A stretch of DNA of 64,000 bases from Candidatus Undinarchaeota archaeon (GTDB taxonomy: Archaea > SpSt-1190 > JASMDC01). Position numbers and translations under genes: made by a program. Within the stretch, counting starts at the first letter, position 1; each line of letters starts with the position of its first letter. Below the pieces are notes generated by a model, which worked only from the letters and a program-made list of their open reading frames with translations, made no database searches and was not told the DNA's origin. The stretch lies in the NCBI GenBank assembly GCA_964519305.1, contig CAZFHY010000002.1, positions 64,001-128,000 on the forward strand. The letters run 5' to 3'. Shown here in pieces: positions 47,655 through 56,647 of this stretch.

Positions 47655-48389
47655 ATGGCAACTGCGGACCCCGTTCCATTGTTGGAGGTCCCCGTCGATG
47701 CCGAGGGGGAGCTTCTGGAACGGCCGAACAGGTTCCTAGCGCTGGTGGACATCGGGACTGACGGCGGTATCCTTCCAGGTGAACGGGTCCATGTCCACGA
47801 TCCAGGGAGACTGCACGAGCTGCTCTACCCAGGCAACCGGGTGTTGGTCCGACAGGTCCTTTCTGAGAAGAGGAGCACTTCCTGGGACCTCATCGCAGCA
47901 CGTTACGCCGATGAGTGGGTGATCGTGCACTCAGGGCTCCACCGGGCCCTGGCCGAGAGCATCATCGGGAACCCGGCCCTCTTTCCATTTGGTCCGGTTG
48001 CAGAGGTCCGTCCCGAGGTCGCCGTCGGGCGCCACCGCTTGGATTTCCGGCTGGTACGGCCGGACGGTTCGGTCCTCTGGCTCGAGGTGAAAGGATGCAC
48101 ACTTGCAGAGGACAGTGTTGCCCTTTTTCCGGATGCGCCCACGGTCCGCGGCAGGGGACACCTGGAGACGTTGATGGGCCTGGCCGATGGTGGTGATTCT
48201 GCCGCGGTCATGGTCCTGGTGTTCCGCTCCGACGCTCGTTCTTTCGCCCCAAAGGCTGATACTGATCCTGCTTTTGCGGAGATGTTCTATAAAGCACTGG
48301 ACGCAGGTGTGGAGGTCGCACCCATCGTACTGGGATATCGTAATGGGACTGTCGTACACCTGCAGCGCATCCCGGTGAGGGAACGCTAG
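47655..48389 (+). CDS. sfsA: DNA/RNA nuclease SfsA
   Basis: RPNRF, HDPGRL.EL, EVKGCTL, FPDAPTVRG and DPAFA motifs. Confidence 0.95.
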   Translation: MATADPVPLLEVPVDAEGELLERPNRFLALVDIGTDGGILPGERVHVHDPGRLHELLYPGNRVLVRQVLSEKRSTSWDLIAARYADEWVIVHSGLHRALAESIIGNPALFPFGPVAEVRPEVAVGRHRLDFRLVRPDGSVLWLEVKGCTLAEDSVALFPDAPTVRGRGHLETLMGLADGGDSAAVMVLVFRSDARSFAPKADTDPAFAEMFYKALDAGVEVAPIVLGYRNGTVVHLQRIPVRER

Positions 48390-49171
48390 GCTTGGTGACC
48401 TTCTTCAGGTGCGGTGCCGTCGTCGGGACCGCCCATCATGTCCATCGTCTCATCGAGCATGCTGTCCATTTCTTTCTTTTCCTTGATGAGTCGGATGAAC
48501 TGTTTGAGCTGCTCCCGCTCGTCGGCCTTCAGCTCTAGCATGCGCTCCAGGTCGATTCCGTACTTTTCGAGGTAATTGGCCTTGATGAACTCGCGCCGCT
48601 CGGGTTGGAGACCGTCGTACTGGAACACGATGTCCATCATGAAGCTCTCGGCATGGAAGAGGTCGTTCTCCTTGAGGTTCTCGAATACCATCGACGTGTT
48701 CTTCTGGAATCGATCCCATAGACGTTCCTTCCACCGTGCCTCAAGCTCGGCCTTTGCGTCCCTGGTGTGGACACGTTCAGGGGAGATCTTCATCTTGACG
48801 TCGCCGGCGATAATCTCATCCGACAAGGTCGAAGCCTCCTCGGGTTTATCGACCACTCGGTGGATCGGGATGCCGGTCAGGCCCTCGAACTTGTCGATGT
48901 TGTATGTGTCCTTTCCCCGCAGGATATCGGCCATCCTACCGAGGTGCTCGGCTGCCAGATGGGACTTCTTCCAGCCAATGAACCGTTTGAACGCCTTGGT
49001 CTCAGCGATCAGTCGTGAGAACTGGTTCTTTGTCATGTCGCGTCGGACATATCGCCAGAGCTCCTTCGCCCAGGGAGGATAGGCGGTGGAACGGGTCTCG
49101 AACTCGTGGCCCTGAGCGGGCATAAAGAATCGGAGGAAGTCCTTAATCACTCCGAAGACGTACGAGAGCAT
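48386..49171 (-). CDS. Hypothetical helical protein
   Basis: 261-aa charged ORF with GTG start; no motif recognised. Confidence 0.6.
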   Translation of the reverse strand: MLSYVFGVIKDFLRFFMPAQGHEFETRSTAYPPWAKELWRYVRRDMTKNQFSRLIAETKAFKRFIGWKKSHLAAEHLGRMADILRGKDTYNIDKFEGLTGIPIHRVVDKPEEASTLSDEIIAGDVKMKISPERVHTRDAKAELEARWKERLWDRFQKNTSMVFENLKENDLFHAESFMMDIVFQYDGLQPERREFIKANYLEKYGIDLERMLELKADEREQLKQFIRLIKEKKEMDSMLDETMDMMGGPDDGTAPEEGHQA

Positions 49172-49218
49172 CCGACTTTTTCACTGGGGGTGGTTGCTTA
49201 TATGGTTATCCCCGGCGG

Positions 49219-49470
49219 TCATAGCCATACTTCGACCGTGTCACCCGGTCGGTATAGGTCCTTGATCCGGGATGTCGACTCTGGCTCCTCTCCATCAAGT
49301 GTCACGAAAGGATGAGCACCCCGGTCCACGATCGCTCCGAACCTCACCTCAAGCAGCTTAATTAGGTCCGCTATCGTGGCAACGTTCTTCAGATCCAGCT
49401 CCTCGTCCATCCAGGTGGTGACCTTCTCGCCGGCAACGAGCACCTCTCGCATAAGAATACGCAGGCGCAT
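49219..49470 (-). CDS. Small beta-grasp (MoaD/SAMP-like) protein without C-terminal GG
   Basis: TIADLIKLL...F, VTLDG and PGDTVEV pattern; TATATA 25 nt upstream of the ATG. Confidence 0.55.
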   Translation of the reverse strand: MRLRILMREVLVAGEKVTTWMDEELDLKNVATIADLIKLLEVRFGAIVDRGAHPFVTLDGEEPESTSRIKDLYRPGDTVEVWL

Positions 49471-49558
49471 AAGAAGAGTGGTGCGAGGATAGAATATATA
49501 GGTTGTGGCGGCCGACCATGCCACAAGCCTTATAAGTCATCCATCCCTGCTGGCAGCC

Positions 49559-50326
49559 GTGGGCCTCCCGCTCCTTCGTCCGGTATATGCACTGTACGAG
49601 CGTATCCTTGAGCGTGAGGTGCAGCGGTTCCCGCTGCCTAAGCATATCGCCATCATCATGGACGGCAACCGCCGTTTCGGGACCGAAGTGGGTCTTGGGC
49701 TCAAGGGGCACGAGTACGGAGCCAAGAAGCTCCACAAGGTGCTCGAATGGTGCTGGGACCTGGGAGTCAAGGTGGTGACCGTGTACGGTTTCTCCACCGA
49801 GAACTTCAAGCGCCCCTCCGAGGAGGTAGAAGGCCTCATGGACCTCTTCGAGAAGGAGTTCGCCAGGTACACGAGCGACTCTAGGGTTCACCGAAAGAAG
49901 GTCCGCCTCCAGGCCATCGGCCAGGTGGACAAGCTCCCCGAGCGCGTGCAGGAAGCCATCCGCGTCGCCCAAGAGGCCACGAAGGACTACGACAACCACG
50001 TCTTCAATGTGGCCATCGGATACGGTGGTCGGCAGGAGGTGCTGGACGCGATCCACAACATCTGCGAACGCGTCAAGAAGGGCGAGATCGACCTCGACCA
50101 GGTGGACGAGAACCTTGTTTCAAGCAGCCTCTACACTTCAGGGCTCCCTGATCCGGACCTCATCATAAGGACAAGCGGTGAGGAGCGGCTCTCCGGGTTC
50201 CTCATCTGGCAGTGCGCCTACTCGGAGCTATACTTCTGCGATTCCTACTGGCCGATGTTCCGCCGGATCGACCTGCTGCGTGCCATTCGGACATACCAAC
50301 AGCGTCAGAGACGGTTCGGCAAGTAG
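49559..50326 (+). CDS. uppS: cis-prenyltransferase (polyprenyl diphosphate synthase)
   Basis: HIAIIMDGNRR, FSTENFKR, YGGRQE, RTSGEERLSGF and RRFG motifs. ORF open from 49505. Confidence 0.96.
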   Translation: MGLPLLRPVYALYERILEREVQRFPLPKHIAIIMDGNRRFGTEVGLGLKGHEYGAKKLHKVLEWCWDLGVKVVTVYGFSTENFKRPSEEVEGLMDLFEKEFARYTSDSRVHRKKVRLQAIGQVDKLPERVQEAIRVAQEATKDYDNHVFNVAIGYGGRQEVLDAIHNICERVKKGEIDLDQVDENLVSSSLYTSGLPDPDLIIRTSGEERLSGFLIWQCAYSELYFCDSYWPMFRRIDLLRAIRTYQQRQRRFGK

Positions 50327-50418
50327 CGCCGTGCCATCCTGTGTCCCACGTCCGACCAAAGGGAACCATTAAAAACGCCCCGGGGGCCGGAGGTACCCTC
50401 ATCAGGACGTGACGAACC

Positions 50419-50931
50419 ATGATCAGCGAATTAGATACAGACTGCCTTGAGCGTGTCGAACTCAATTACGTTAGTGAGCGGACCCAGAACTTCCATTCGG
50501 CGTACATCAGCCCCCGCACGGAACAGACCGTGTACGACGACCGTCAGGAAGGCTTCAGTGACTTCATGACGGACTTAGGAGCGAAGATCACCGAAGAATA
50601 CGGTGCTACGGTCGATGTCAGTGCCTATGTGGGTGAGGAGCACGCGGCCATCGGCCGCTCTACTGCGGTCTTCTCGAAGACGAGCGGTGCACGGGTGTCA
50701 ATCGTCGGTAACGACGATGCCATCGAGGCCTACATGGAAGGCATCGCCGAAGGTGGTTACGGGCTGCCCCAGGAAAAATCATTCATGGCCGACTGGCACC
50801 ACCCCATCCAGAGCGTGAAGGGTTACATGACCGCAAAGGAGACCCTGAAGGACCTCGAGGAAGACTTCACCGAGGTCAGCCATCTCGAGAGCAACGTGAA
50901 CCACATCACCTATCAAGAGCGGGATGACTGA
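50419..50931 (+). CDS. Unknown-family acidic protein, tandem paralog 1
   Basis: LERVELNYV, TVYDDRQEGF, GYGLPQ and ADWHHPIQSVKG shared with the next two genes. Confidence 0.8.
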   Translation: MISELDTDCLERVELNYVSERTQNFHSAYISPRTEQTVYDDRQEGFSDFMTDLGAKITEEYGATVDVSAYVGEEHAAIGRSTAVFSKTSGARVSIVGNDDAIEAYMEGIAEGGYGLPQEKSFMADWHHPIQSVKGYMTAKETLKDLEEDFTEVSHLESNVNHITYQERDD

Positions 50932-51466
50932 GGTCGTCGCTCATCAGGAGCAGATAATCATGTACTGTGAAACTGACGGTCCCCTTGAGCGTGTCGAGCT
51001 CAACTACGTGACCGAACAGACCGATTGCTTCAACAGCAGCCTTGTGGGCGGCTTCAAGACGCACACGGTCTACGACCAGCGTCAGGAGGGCTTCACCGAC
51101 TTCATGGACGGTATGGCCGCCGAGATGCACGACATGTTCGGTGCTTCCGTCGACGTGAGCGCTTATGAGGGCAACATGCTGAGCGCTAACAGGGCGCTCG
51201 CGAATGCGTACCGGGAGACCGATGGCGTCAAGGTGACCCTCACCGGAACCAAGGAGGCCGTCAAGGGCTTCGTCACCATGGTCGCCGAGCGCGGCTACGG
51301 CTTACCGCAGGAGGAGTGGTTCATGGCCGACTGGCACCACCCCATCCAGAGCGTTAAAGGCTACTGCACTGCCCGGGACACCAAGGATGAACTCGCAGAG
51401 CGGTTCGTATTGCAGGAGACCGGGGACGCCGAGCGCGTCGCCACTTACGTAGAACGGGAGGCGTGA
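50924..51466 (+). CDS. Unknown-family acidic protein, tandem paralog 2
   Basis: Same four motifs; overlaps both neighbours. Confidence 0.8.
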   Translation: MTEVVAHQEQIIMYCETDGPLERVELNYVTEQTDCFNSSLVGGFKTHTVYDQRQEGFTDFMDGMAAEMHDMFGASVDVSAYEGNMLSANRALANAYRETDGVKVTLTGTKEAVKGFVTMVAERGYGLPQEEWFMADWHHPIQSVKGYCTARDTKDELAERFVLQETGDAERVATYVEREA

Positions 51467-51975
51467 GTATGTACGAGCTGGAGGCCGACACTCCTATCGA
51501 GCGCGTCGAGCTCGACTACGTGACACAGGAGCACGAATGGATGTCCACGCGACCGTTCCGCAACTCCAACGAGCTGACCACAGTCTATGATGACCGGCAG
51601 GAGGGTTTCGAAGAGTCCCTTTCCGAGATTGGCCAAGAAGTGGCCGAAGCGTACGGGGCCACCATCGAGGTCGCACCCTACGAGGAGCACACGAGCCACT
51701 ATGGCAGGTTCCTTGCACAGAAGATAGACACTGAGGGCATGCGCGTGACCATCACCGGTAGCGCCGAGGCCATCGAGGACATGATGATCAGTGTGGCCGC
51801 CGAGGGCTATGGTCTTACCCAGTACAGGAGCGTCCTGGCCGACTGGCGCCACCCCGTTCAGAGCGTTAAAGGCTTCTGGACCGCTCTCAAGGCGCACAAG
51901 GTAATCGAGGACTGCGTCAAGGAAGAGGCCGAGGTCGCAGACAACGTCCGCCATGTGCGGTACGTGGCAGAGTAG
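51463..51975 (+). CDS. Unknown-family acidic protein, tandem paralog 3
   Basis: IERVELDYV, TVYDDRQEGF, GYGLTQ and ADWRHPVQSVKG. Confidence 0.8.
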   Translation: MSMYELEADTPIERVELDYVTQEHEWMSTRPFRNSNELTTVYDDRQEGFEESLSEIGQEVAEAYGATIEVAPYEEHTSHYGRFLAQKIDTEGMRVTITGSAEAIEDMMISVAAEGYGLTQYRSVLADWRHPVQSVKGFWTALKAHKVIEDCVKEEAEVADNVRHVRYVAE

Positions 51976-52011
51976 GTAGTACAGGAAGAGGACTGAACCA
52001 TCCCCCAGGCA

Positions 52012-52050
52012 CCGGCTGGTCATCCCGGCCGGGGTCCTCTTCTTTCCTCG
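52012..52050 (+). terminator. Hairpin plus pyrimidine tract ending the three-paralog operon
   Basis: CCGGCTGG-TCATC-CCGGCCGG followed by TCCTCTTCTTTCCT. Confidence 0.55.
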
Positions 52051-52141
52051 TCATTCTTGGAACATTCAAGGAGCCGGATATCGCCTGCGGAACCAAAAGT
52101 GTTTATGGATAACTAGGCTTATCCCGTCCTAGTGAGTAGAC

Positions 52142-53713
52142 TTGGGACCAGAGAATGCCGCATTCTTTGCACGCATCCTCCCTCTGGCAGCAGAGGGTTT
52201 CCTGCTCGTGCTACTCCTTTTCCTAGTGCCGTTCCTCCGACGTGCTTCGCGTTGGATCGACCGACGCGATACATACCTGATGCTCGCCCTGTTGCTGGTT
52301 GCGTTCCACCTTCGTGTAGTGGTCGTACCCCACGAGCTCATCGAGTGGGAGGACGAGTACGTCCATGTGAACGTGGTCAGCAGTGTCTTCCTCAACAACC
52401 GCTGCGAGCAGTGCGTCATAGGTTCTCCTGCAGGCTGCACAGACTACGACCTGTGCAGGTATCCGCCGGGGATGTCCGTGCTAGGTGCATTGTACGCCCG
52501 GTTGTTCGGTTTCTCAGTTGATGGGCTCCTCACCCTTTCCGCCATCCTGGGCTCCCTCTCCGTACCGATGCTCTACCTCTTGGCCCGGGCCGTGGGCGGT
52601 GACCGGAACTCAGCGGTCCTCTCCGGCCTCTTCCTGGCCGTCCTTCCGCTCCATGTGAAGTACGCCACATCGTGGTCGGCCGGTGCGATCTACATGTTCG
52701 CCGTCCTCCTCGCAAGCCTCGCGTTCCTTGCCTGGGACGATCATCGGCGTCCCTCGTCGCTAGCGTTCCTTATGGCGAGCCTCGGTCTTGTCGCCTACAT
52801 TAAGCCTGAGGGTCTAATGGCCGTCGTCCCGTTCGCAGCGGTGACTATATGGCGGGGCCGGCTCCTACTCAGGTCCGGTGAGCGATGGCCGGTGGCAGGA
52901 TACATCCTTCTCTGCTCGCCCCTGGTAGTGAAATCTCTCGTGACCTATAGCCAGTGGCCGGGCTTGGGCATCACCTACTTCCGCACGAATATCGTCCCTT
53001 ATATCGGATTCTGGCTCCAGGCAGAATGGGGGCTCGGCCCGGCCTGGGCCCAGTGTCCCGTGTGGGTCTCGCTCCCGGCCGTCCTGGGTCTCGCACTAGT
53101 TCTCCGCGACCGCCGACAGCGTGAGCGCACCGCACCGTTCCTCATATGGCTGGCCTTGTTCCTTGTGTTCTACTCCTTTGTCGGTACATCGGTCCAAGCC
53201 AGACACACACTGACGTACTCCTATGTCATATGCCTGCTCGCGGGTCTCGGTGCAGGAGCCATGGCCGCTCGTACCGGGAGCGATGCCCGTCGACGACTGG
53301 CGGGCGTCTTCCTGGCGGCCGCGGTATTCGGGCTCGGTGTCCACTCCATATGGACAGGGGGACTTCTGGAGCCCATCGATGTCAGGGACGGGCTGTGGCG
53401 TGAGATCGGTACCGCCAGGGGACGGCTGGAACCCTCCTGCTTCTTCGTCTCAGACGTCCCATATCTCCCGATATCATTCTTCGGTCATGAGGCGATCGAC
53501 ACACAGATCGTAGGTTTCGACGAGAGCGTCTTCACATCGCGCTACAGTTCCCTGGGATGCGCGTACTACCTGCATATGAAGGACGAGGGATTCTATACCG
53601 AGCTCGACAGGGGTATCAGGTCCCGTTACTCGCTCAAACCCGTGTTCACAGGACGAGCGTTCACCGTGCACGCTATGACGCTCCGACCTTCGGGGGGGAT
53701 GCCCAGTGGGTGA
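52142..53713 (+). CDS. GT-C fold membrane glycosyltransferase (PMT/ArnT-like)
   Basis: WEDE acidic loop, YPPG, YIKPEG and many TM helices. Confidence 0.8.
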   Translation: MGPENAAFFARILPLAAEGFLLVLLLFLVPFLRRASRWIDRRDTYLMLALLLVAFHLRVVVVPHELIEWEDEYVHVNVVSSVFLNNRCEQCVIGSPAGCTDYDLCRYPPGMSVLGALYARLFGFSVDGLLTLSAILGSLSVPMLYLLARAVGGDRNSAVLSGLFLAVLPLHVKYATSWSAGAIYMFAVLLASLAFLAWDDHRRPSSLAFLMASLGLVAYIKPEGLMAVVPFAAVTIWRGRLLLRSGERWPVAGYILLCSPLVVKSLVTYSQWPGLGITYFRTNIVPYIGFWLQAEWGLGPAWAQCPVWVSLPAVLGLALVLRDRRQRERTAPFLIWLALFLVFYSFVGTSVQARHTLTYSYVICLLAGLGAGAMAARTGSDARRRLAGVFLAAAVFGLGVHSIWTGGLLEPIDVRDGLWREIGTARGRLEPSCFFVSDVPYLPISFFGHEAIDTQIVGFDESVFTSRYSSLGCAYYLHMKDEGFYTELDRGIRSRYSLKPVFTGRAFTVHAMTLRPSGGMPSG

Positions 53714-55073
53714 CCGGATCGTGCTAGTTTGCCCGACTCATCAGAACATCGGCTTTACTAATGCCACCCGTCAGTACGCCATAAAGCGCATCCCACCCCT
53801 TGGACTGATGTACCTGTCCTCGACGCTCAGGGCCAAGGGCTACAGGACCAGTCTCCTGGACCTCACCATCGATGCGATACCTCCAGAGCGGTTGTACGAT
53901 GAGGCCGTTGCGGCCGATACGCTCTTTCTGGGTTTCTACTCTACACTCGTCAACGCGCCCGTGGTGCTTGAGTACGTGCGGGCTGTCAAGGACCGTGAAC
54001 CTGATCTGACCGTGGTCGTGGGTGGGCCTTCGTCGATGGAACCGCACCAGTTCCTCGAAGCTGGTGTGGATGTCGTCGTGCAGGGTGAGGGTGAGCGGAC
54101 CGTTGTTGAGCTGGCTGAGGCCATTGCATCAGGGACTGATGTGACGGGAATGAAAGGGACGGCCGTCCTTCGAAAGGGGACGGTCGTGACCGGTCCGCCC
54201 AGGGAGCAGATCGCCGAACTGGACGAGTTGCCATTCCCTGACCGGGCCTTCACGGACCCGGACAACTACTATGACTATTTCAACGTCACCTCCAACCAGC
54301 CATTCACTTCGATCATCTGCTCCCGTGGATGTCCCAATAGATGCGCGTACTGCACTTCCCCCTCTTTCTGGGGCCGGCCCCGTTATCGCAGTGTCGATAA
54401 CGTCCGCGAGGAGATCGTGATGCTTCACGAGACAATGGGCATCAAGTACCTGGACATAGTCGATGACACATTCAACGCCGATCCAGCCTGGCTCGACAGG
54501 TTCCTGGACATGATGATCGGGCTCGACCTGGGTATTGAGTGGAGCTGCAATCTCTTCCCCTTTAAACGGGACCCTCCACTCAAGAAGATGCGTCGGGCGG
54601 GATGCACAACCCTCAAGCTTGGGGTCCAGTCGGCCTGTCCTGAGGTGCTCAAGGAGATCCATCGCTCGCCCGACTCGGCGGAGGCCTGCCAGCGAATCGT
54701 TACACAGGCCAAGGGATTGGGCTATTTAACCTTCCTTGACGTTATATTCGGTCTACCGGGCGAGAGCCCGGCTACCATCGAGCGGAACATGGCCTACACA
54801 TACGACGTGGACGCGACCATCACGAAATACTACCGTCACCTCATGCTCGAGGGCTCCGAACTGAGTACAAGGGCTGTCGGAGGGGAGCTGTGCGATCTCT
54901 CGTCAGAGGAGATCGATGACTTCGTGGACGCTGCATGGCGAACATTCTATCTCCGACCCGGGAAGGTGGCCGAGGTCATGACATGGTTCCTCTCGAGACC
55001 GCGGGCGTACACACGACTTGGTGCCTACCTTGCGGCCTTCAGAGGCCTGGGCCTACTGGGGGTGAAGGAGTAG
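53706..55073 (+). CDS. B12-binding radical SAM protein
   Basis: PPLGLMYL, VVGGP, GEGE, SRGCPNRCAYC, DDTF and GLPGE motifs. Confidence 0.92.
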   Translation: MGDRIVLVCPTHQNIGFTNATRQYAIKRIPPLGLMYLSSTLRAKGYRTSLLDLTIDAIPPERLYDEAVAADTLFLGFYSTLVNAPVVLEYVRAVKDREPDLTVVVGGPSSMEPHQFLEAGVDVVVQGEGERTVVELAEAIASGTDVTGMKGTAVLRKGTVVTGPPREQIAELDELPFPDRAFTDPDNYYDYFNVTSNQPFTSIICSRGCPNRCAYCTSPSFWGRPRYRSVDNVREEIVMLHETMGIKYLDIVDDTFNADPAWLDRFLDMMIGLDLGIEWSCNLFPFKRDPPLKKMRRAGCTTLKLGVQSACPEVLKEIHRSPDSAEACQRIVTQAKGLGYLTFLDVIFGLPGESPATIERNMAYTYDVDATITKYYRHLMLEGSELSTRAVGGELCDLSSEEIDDFVDAAWRTFYLRPGKVAEVMTWFLSRPRAYTRLGAYLAAFRGLGLLGVKE

Positions 55074-55799
55074 ATGGAGAGGGTCGGTATCGTTATCCCC
55101 ATGTACAACGAGGAGGAGAACGTCGAGACCATCCTCACCTCCTTGGTGCGCGTCCTGGAAGCGGAGGGATTGGAGGCCGTGGTCCTCGTAGTGGACGATG
55201 GTTCCACGGACACTACACCCCGCCTCCTTGAAGCATCAGTGGCCGAGCACTCCTATATTCGTGTGCTCACACACGATGTGAACCGTGGTCTGGGTGTGGC
55301 CATCACTGACGGTGCCAAGGCATTGAAGGACGAGGTGGACGTCATCGTCTTCATGGACGGCGACCTGACCCACGATCCGCTCGAGCTCACGCGATTGCTT
55401 GCGGCGGTGGAGACCGCGGACCTCGTGATCGGTTCAAGGTTCGCACCGGGCGGTTCTGTCGTTGGCGTCCCTGCGTTCCGGCGAGCGCTCTCATGGATAT
55501 CTAATCCTCTGTTCAGGCTCCTGCTAGGGATCCCGGTATCCGACGTGACATCGGGCTACCGGGCGGTGCGCAGCGATGTATGGCGAACGATAGATCCGTC
55601 CAGCACGGGCTTCACAATCCAGGTGGAGACCGCGTCCCAAGCCCGTAACGCGGGATTCCGGTTGGCCGAGGTCCCGATAACCCTTACCTTCCGTGAGCGG
55701 GGTAGCTCCAAGTTCCACCTCGGCCCGAGCATGATAATCGGATATCTCTCGATGCTAGCTCGACTGGTTGTCGGCCGGTTCGGAGGGGGCCGACGATGA
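55074..55799 (+). CDS. GT2 polyprenol-phosphate glycosyltransferase (DPM1-like)
   Basis: IPMYNEE, VDDGSTD, MDGDLTH, IGSRF and DVTSGYR motifs. Confidence 0.92.
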   Translation: MERVGIVIPMYNEEENVETILTSLVRVLEAEGLEAVVLVVDDGSTDTTPRLLEASVAEHSYIRVLTHDVNRGLGVAITDGAKALKDEVDVIVFMDGDLTHDPLELTRLLAAVETADLVIGSRFAPGGSVVGVPAFRRALSWISNPLFRLLLGIPVSDVTSGYRAVRSDVWRTIDPSSTGFTIQVETASQARNAGFRLAEVPITLTFRERGSSKFHLGPSMIIGYLSMLARLVVGRFGGGRR

Positions 55800-56638
55800 C
55801 TAGCTCACCGCGTGCTGTAGTGAGCTTCGACCTCGACGGCGCGAGCCCGCGGTTGCTGACCGAAATGGGTATCATCCCCACACCGTCCGATGCGGCCGAT
55901 CCCGTGCTTGTCGAGGCCGTTCCGCGCATATTGGAATTGTGTGAGCGAGTGGATTGCCGGGCCACGCTCTTCGTGGTGGGGCGCACGCTCAGAGGTATCG
56001 ACCGAGAGGTGTTCGACGGTATTGACCGACATGAGCTGGGGAACCACACGCATACACATCCTGATCGGTTCGGGACGCTCCCACCGGCACGTATCCGTGA
56101 AGAGGTGCACAGAGCCCACGAGACCATCCGTGACCATCTGGGTTCTGAGCCGGTGGGCTTCCGAGCACCGGACTACAGCTACTCGCCACGGTCCCTTGCG
56201 GTACTAGCCGAGCAAGGCTATATCTACGACTCATCTCTCCTCAGGTGCGCGCTCCCACCTTACGTGTCCCGCGAGGGTGTAAACCGGGGCGGTGCTCCAT
56301 TCGTCCAGGGAGGGATCGTGGAGTTACCTGTCCTGAGCTCGGGATTCCCCTGGTTGCCGGTGAACGGCACGACTATGCTCGCTTTCGGCCTTGAATGGTA
56401 CAAGAACCAACTGGCTCGCAGGGCCGAGGACGATGTGCCCTTGGTGGTCAACTTCCACGCCCGGGACCTTGTTAATGGAGTTTCACAGCGCATCATAAAG
56501 CAGCGGTTCCACGTCACGCCCCGGGAGAACTCCGTGAGCGCCGTTGAGGAGGCCGTGGAATACCTGGCCACTACTTACGATGTAGTTACGCTGCGGGAAC
56601 TGGCCGACGAGCTGACATTGCACAAGACGGACAAGTGA
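55796..56638 (+). CDS. Polysaccharide deacetylase family protein
   Basis: SFDLD, ATLFVVG, HELGNHTHTH, GFRAP and YDSS motifs. Confidence 0.9.
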   Translation: MTSSPRAVVSFDLDGASPRLLTEMGIIPTPSDAADPVLVEAVPRILELCERVDCRATLFVVGRTLRGIDREVFDGIDRHELGNHTHTHPDRFGTLPPARIREEVHRAHETIRDHLGSEPVGFRAPDYSYSPRSLAVLAEQGYIYDSSLLRCALPPYVSREGVNRGGAPFVQGGIVELPVLSSGFPWLPVNGTTMLAFGLEWYKNQLARRAEDDVPLVVNFHARDLVNGVSQRIIKQRFHVTPRENSVSAVEEAVEYLATTYDVVTLRELADELTLHKTDK

Positions 56639-56647
56639 GCGCCCAGA

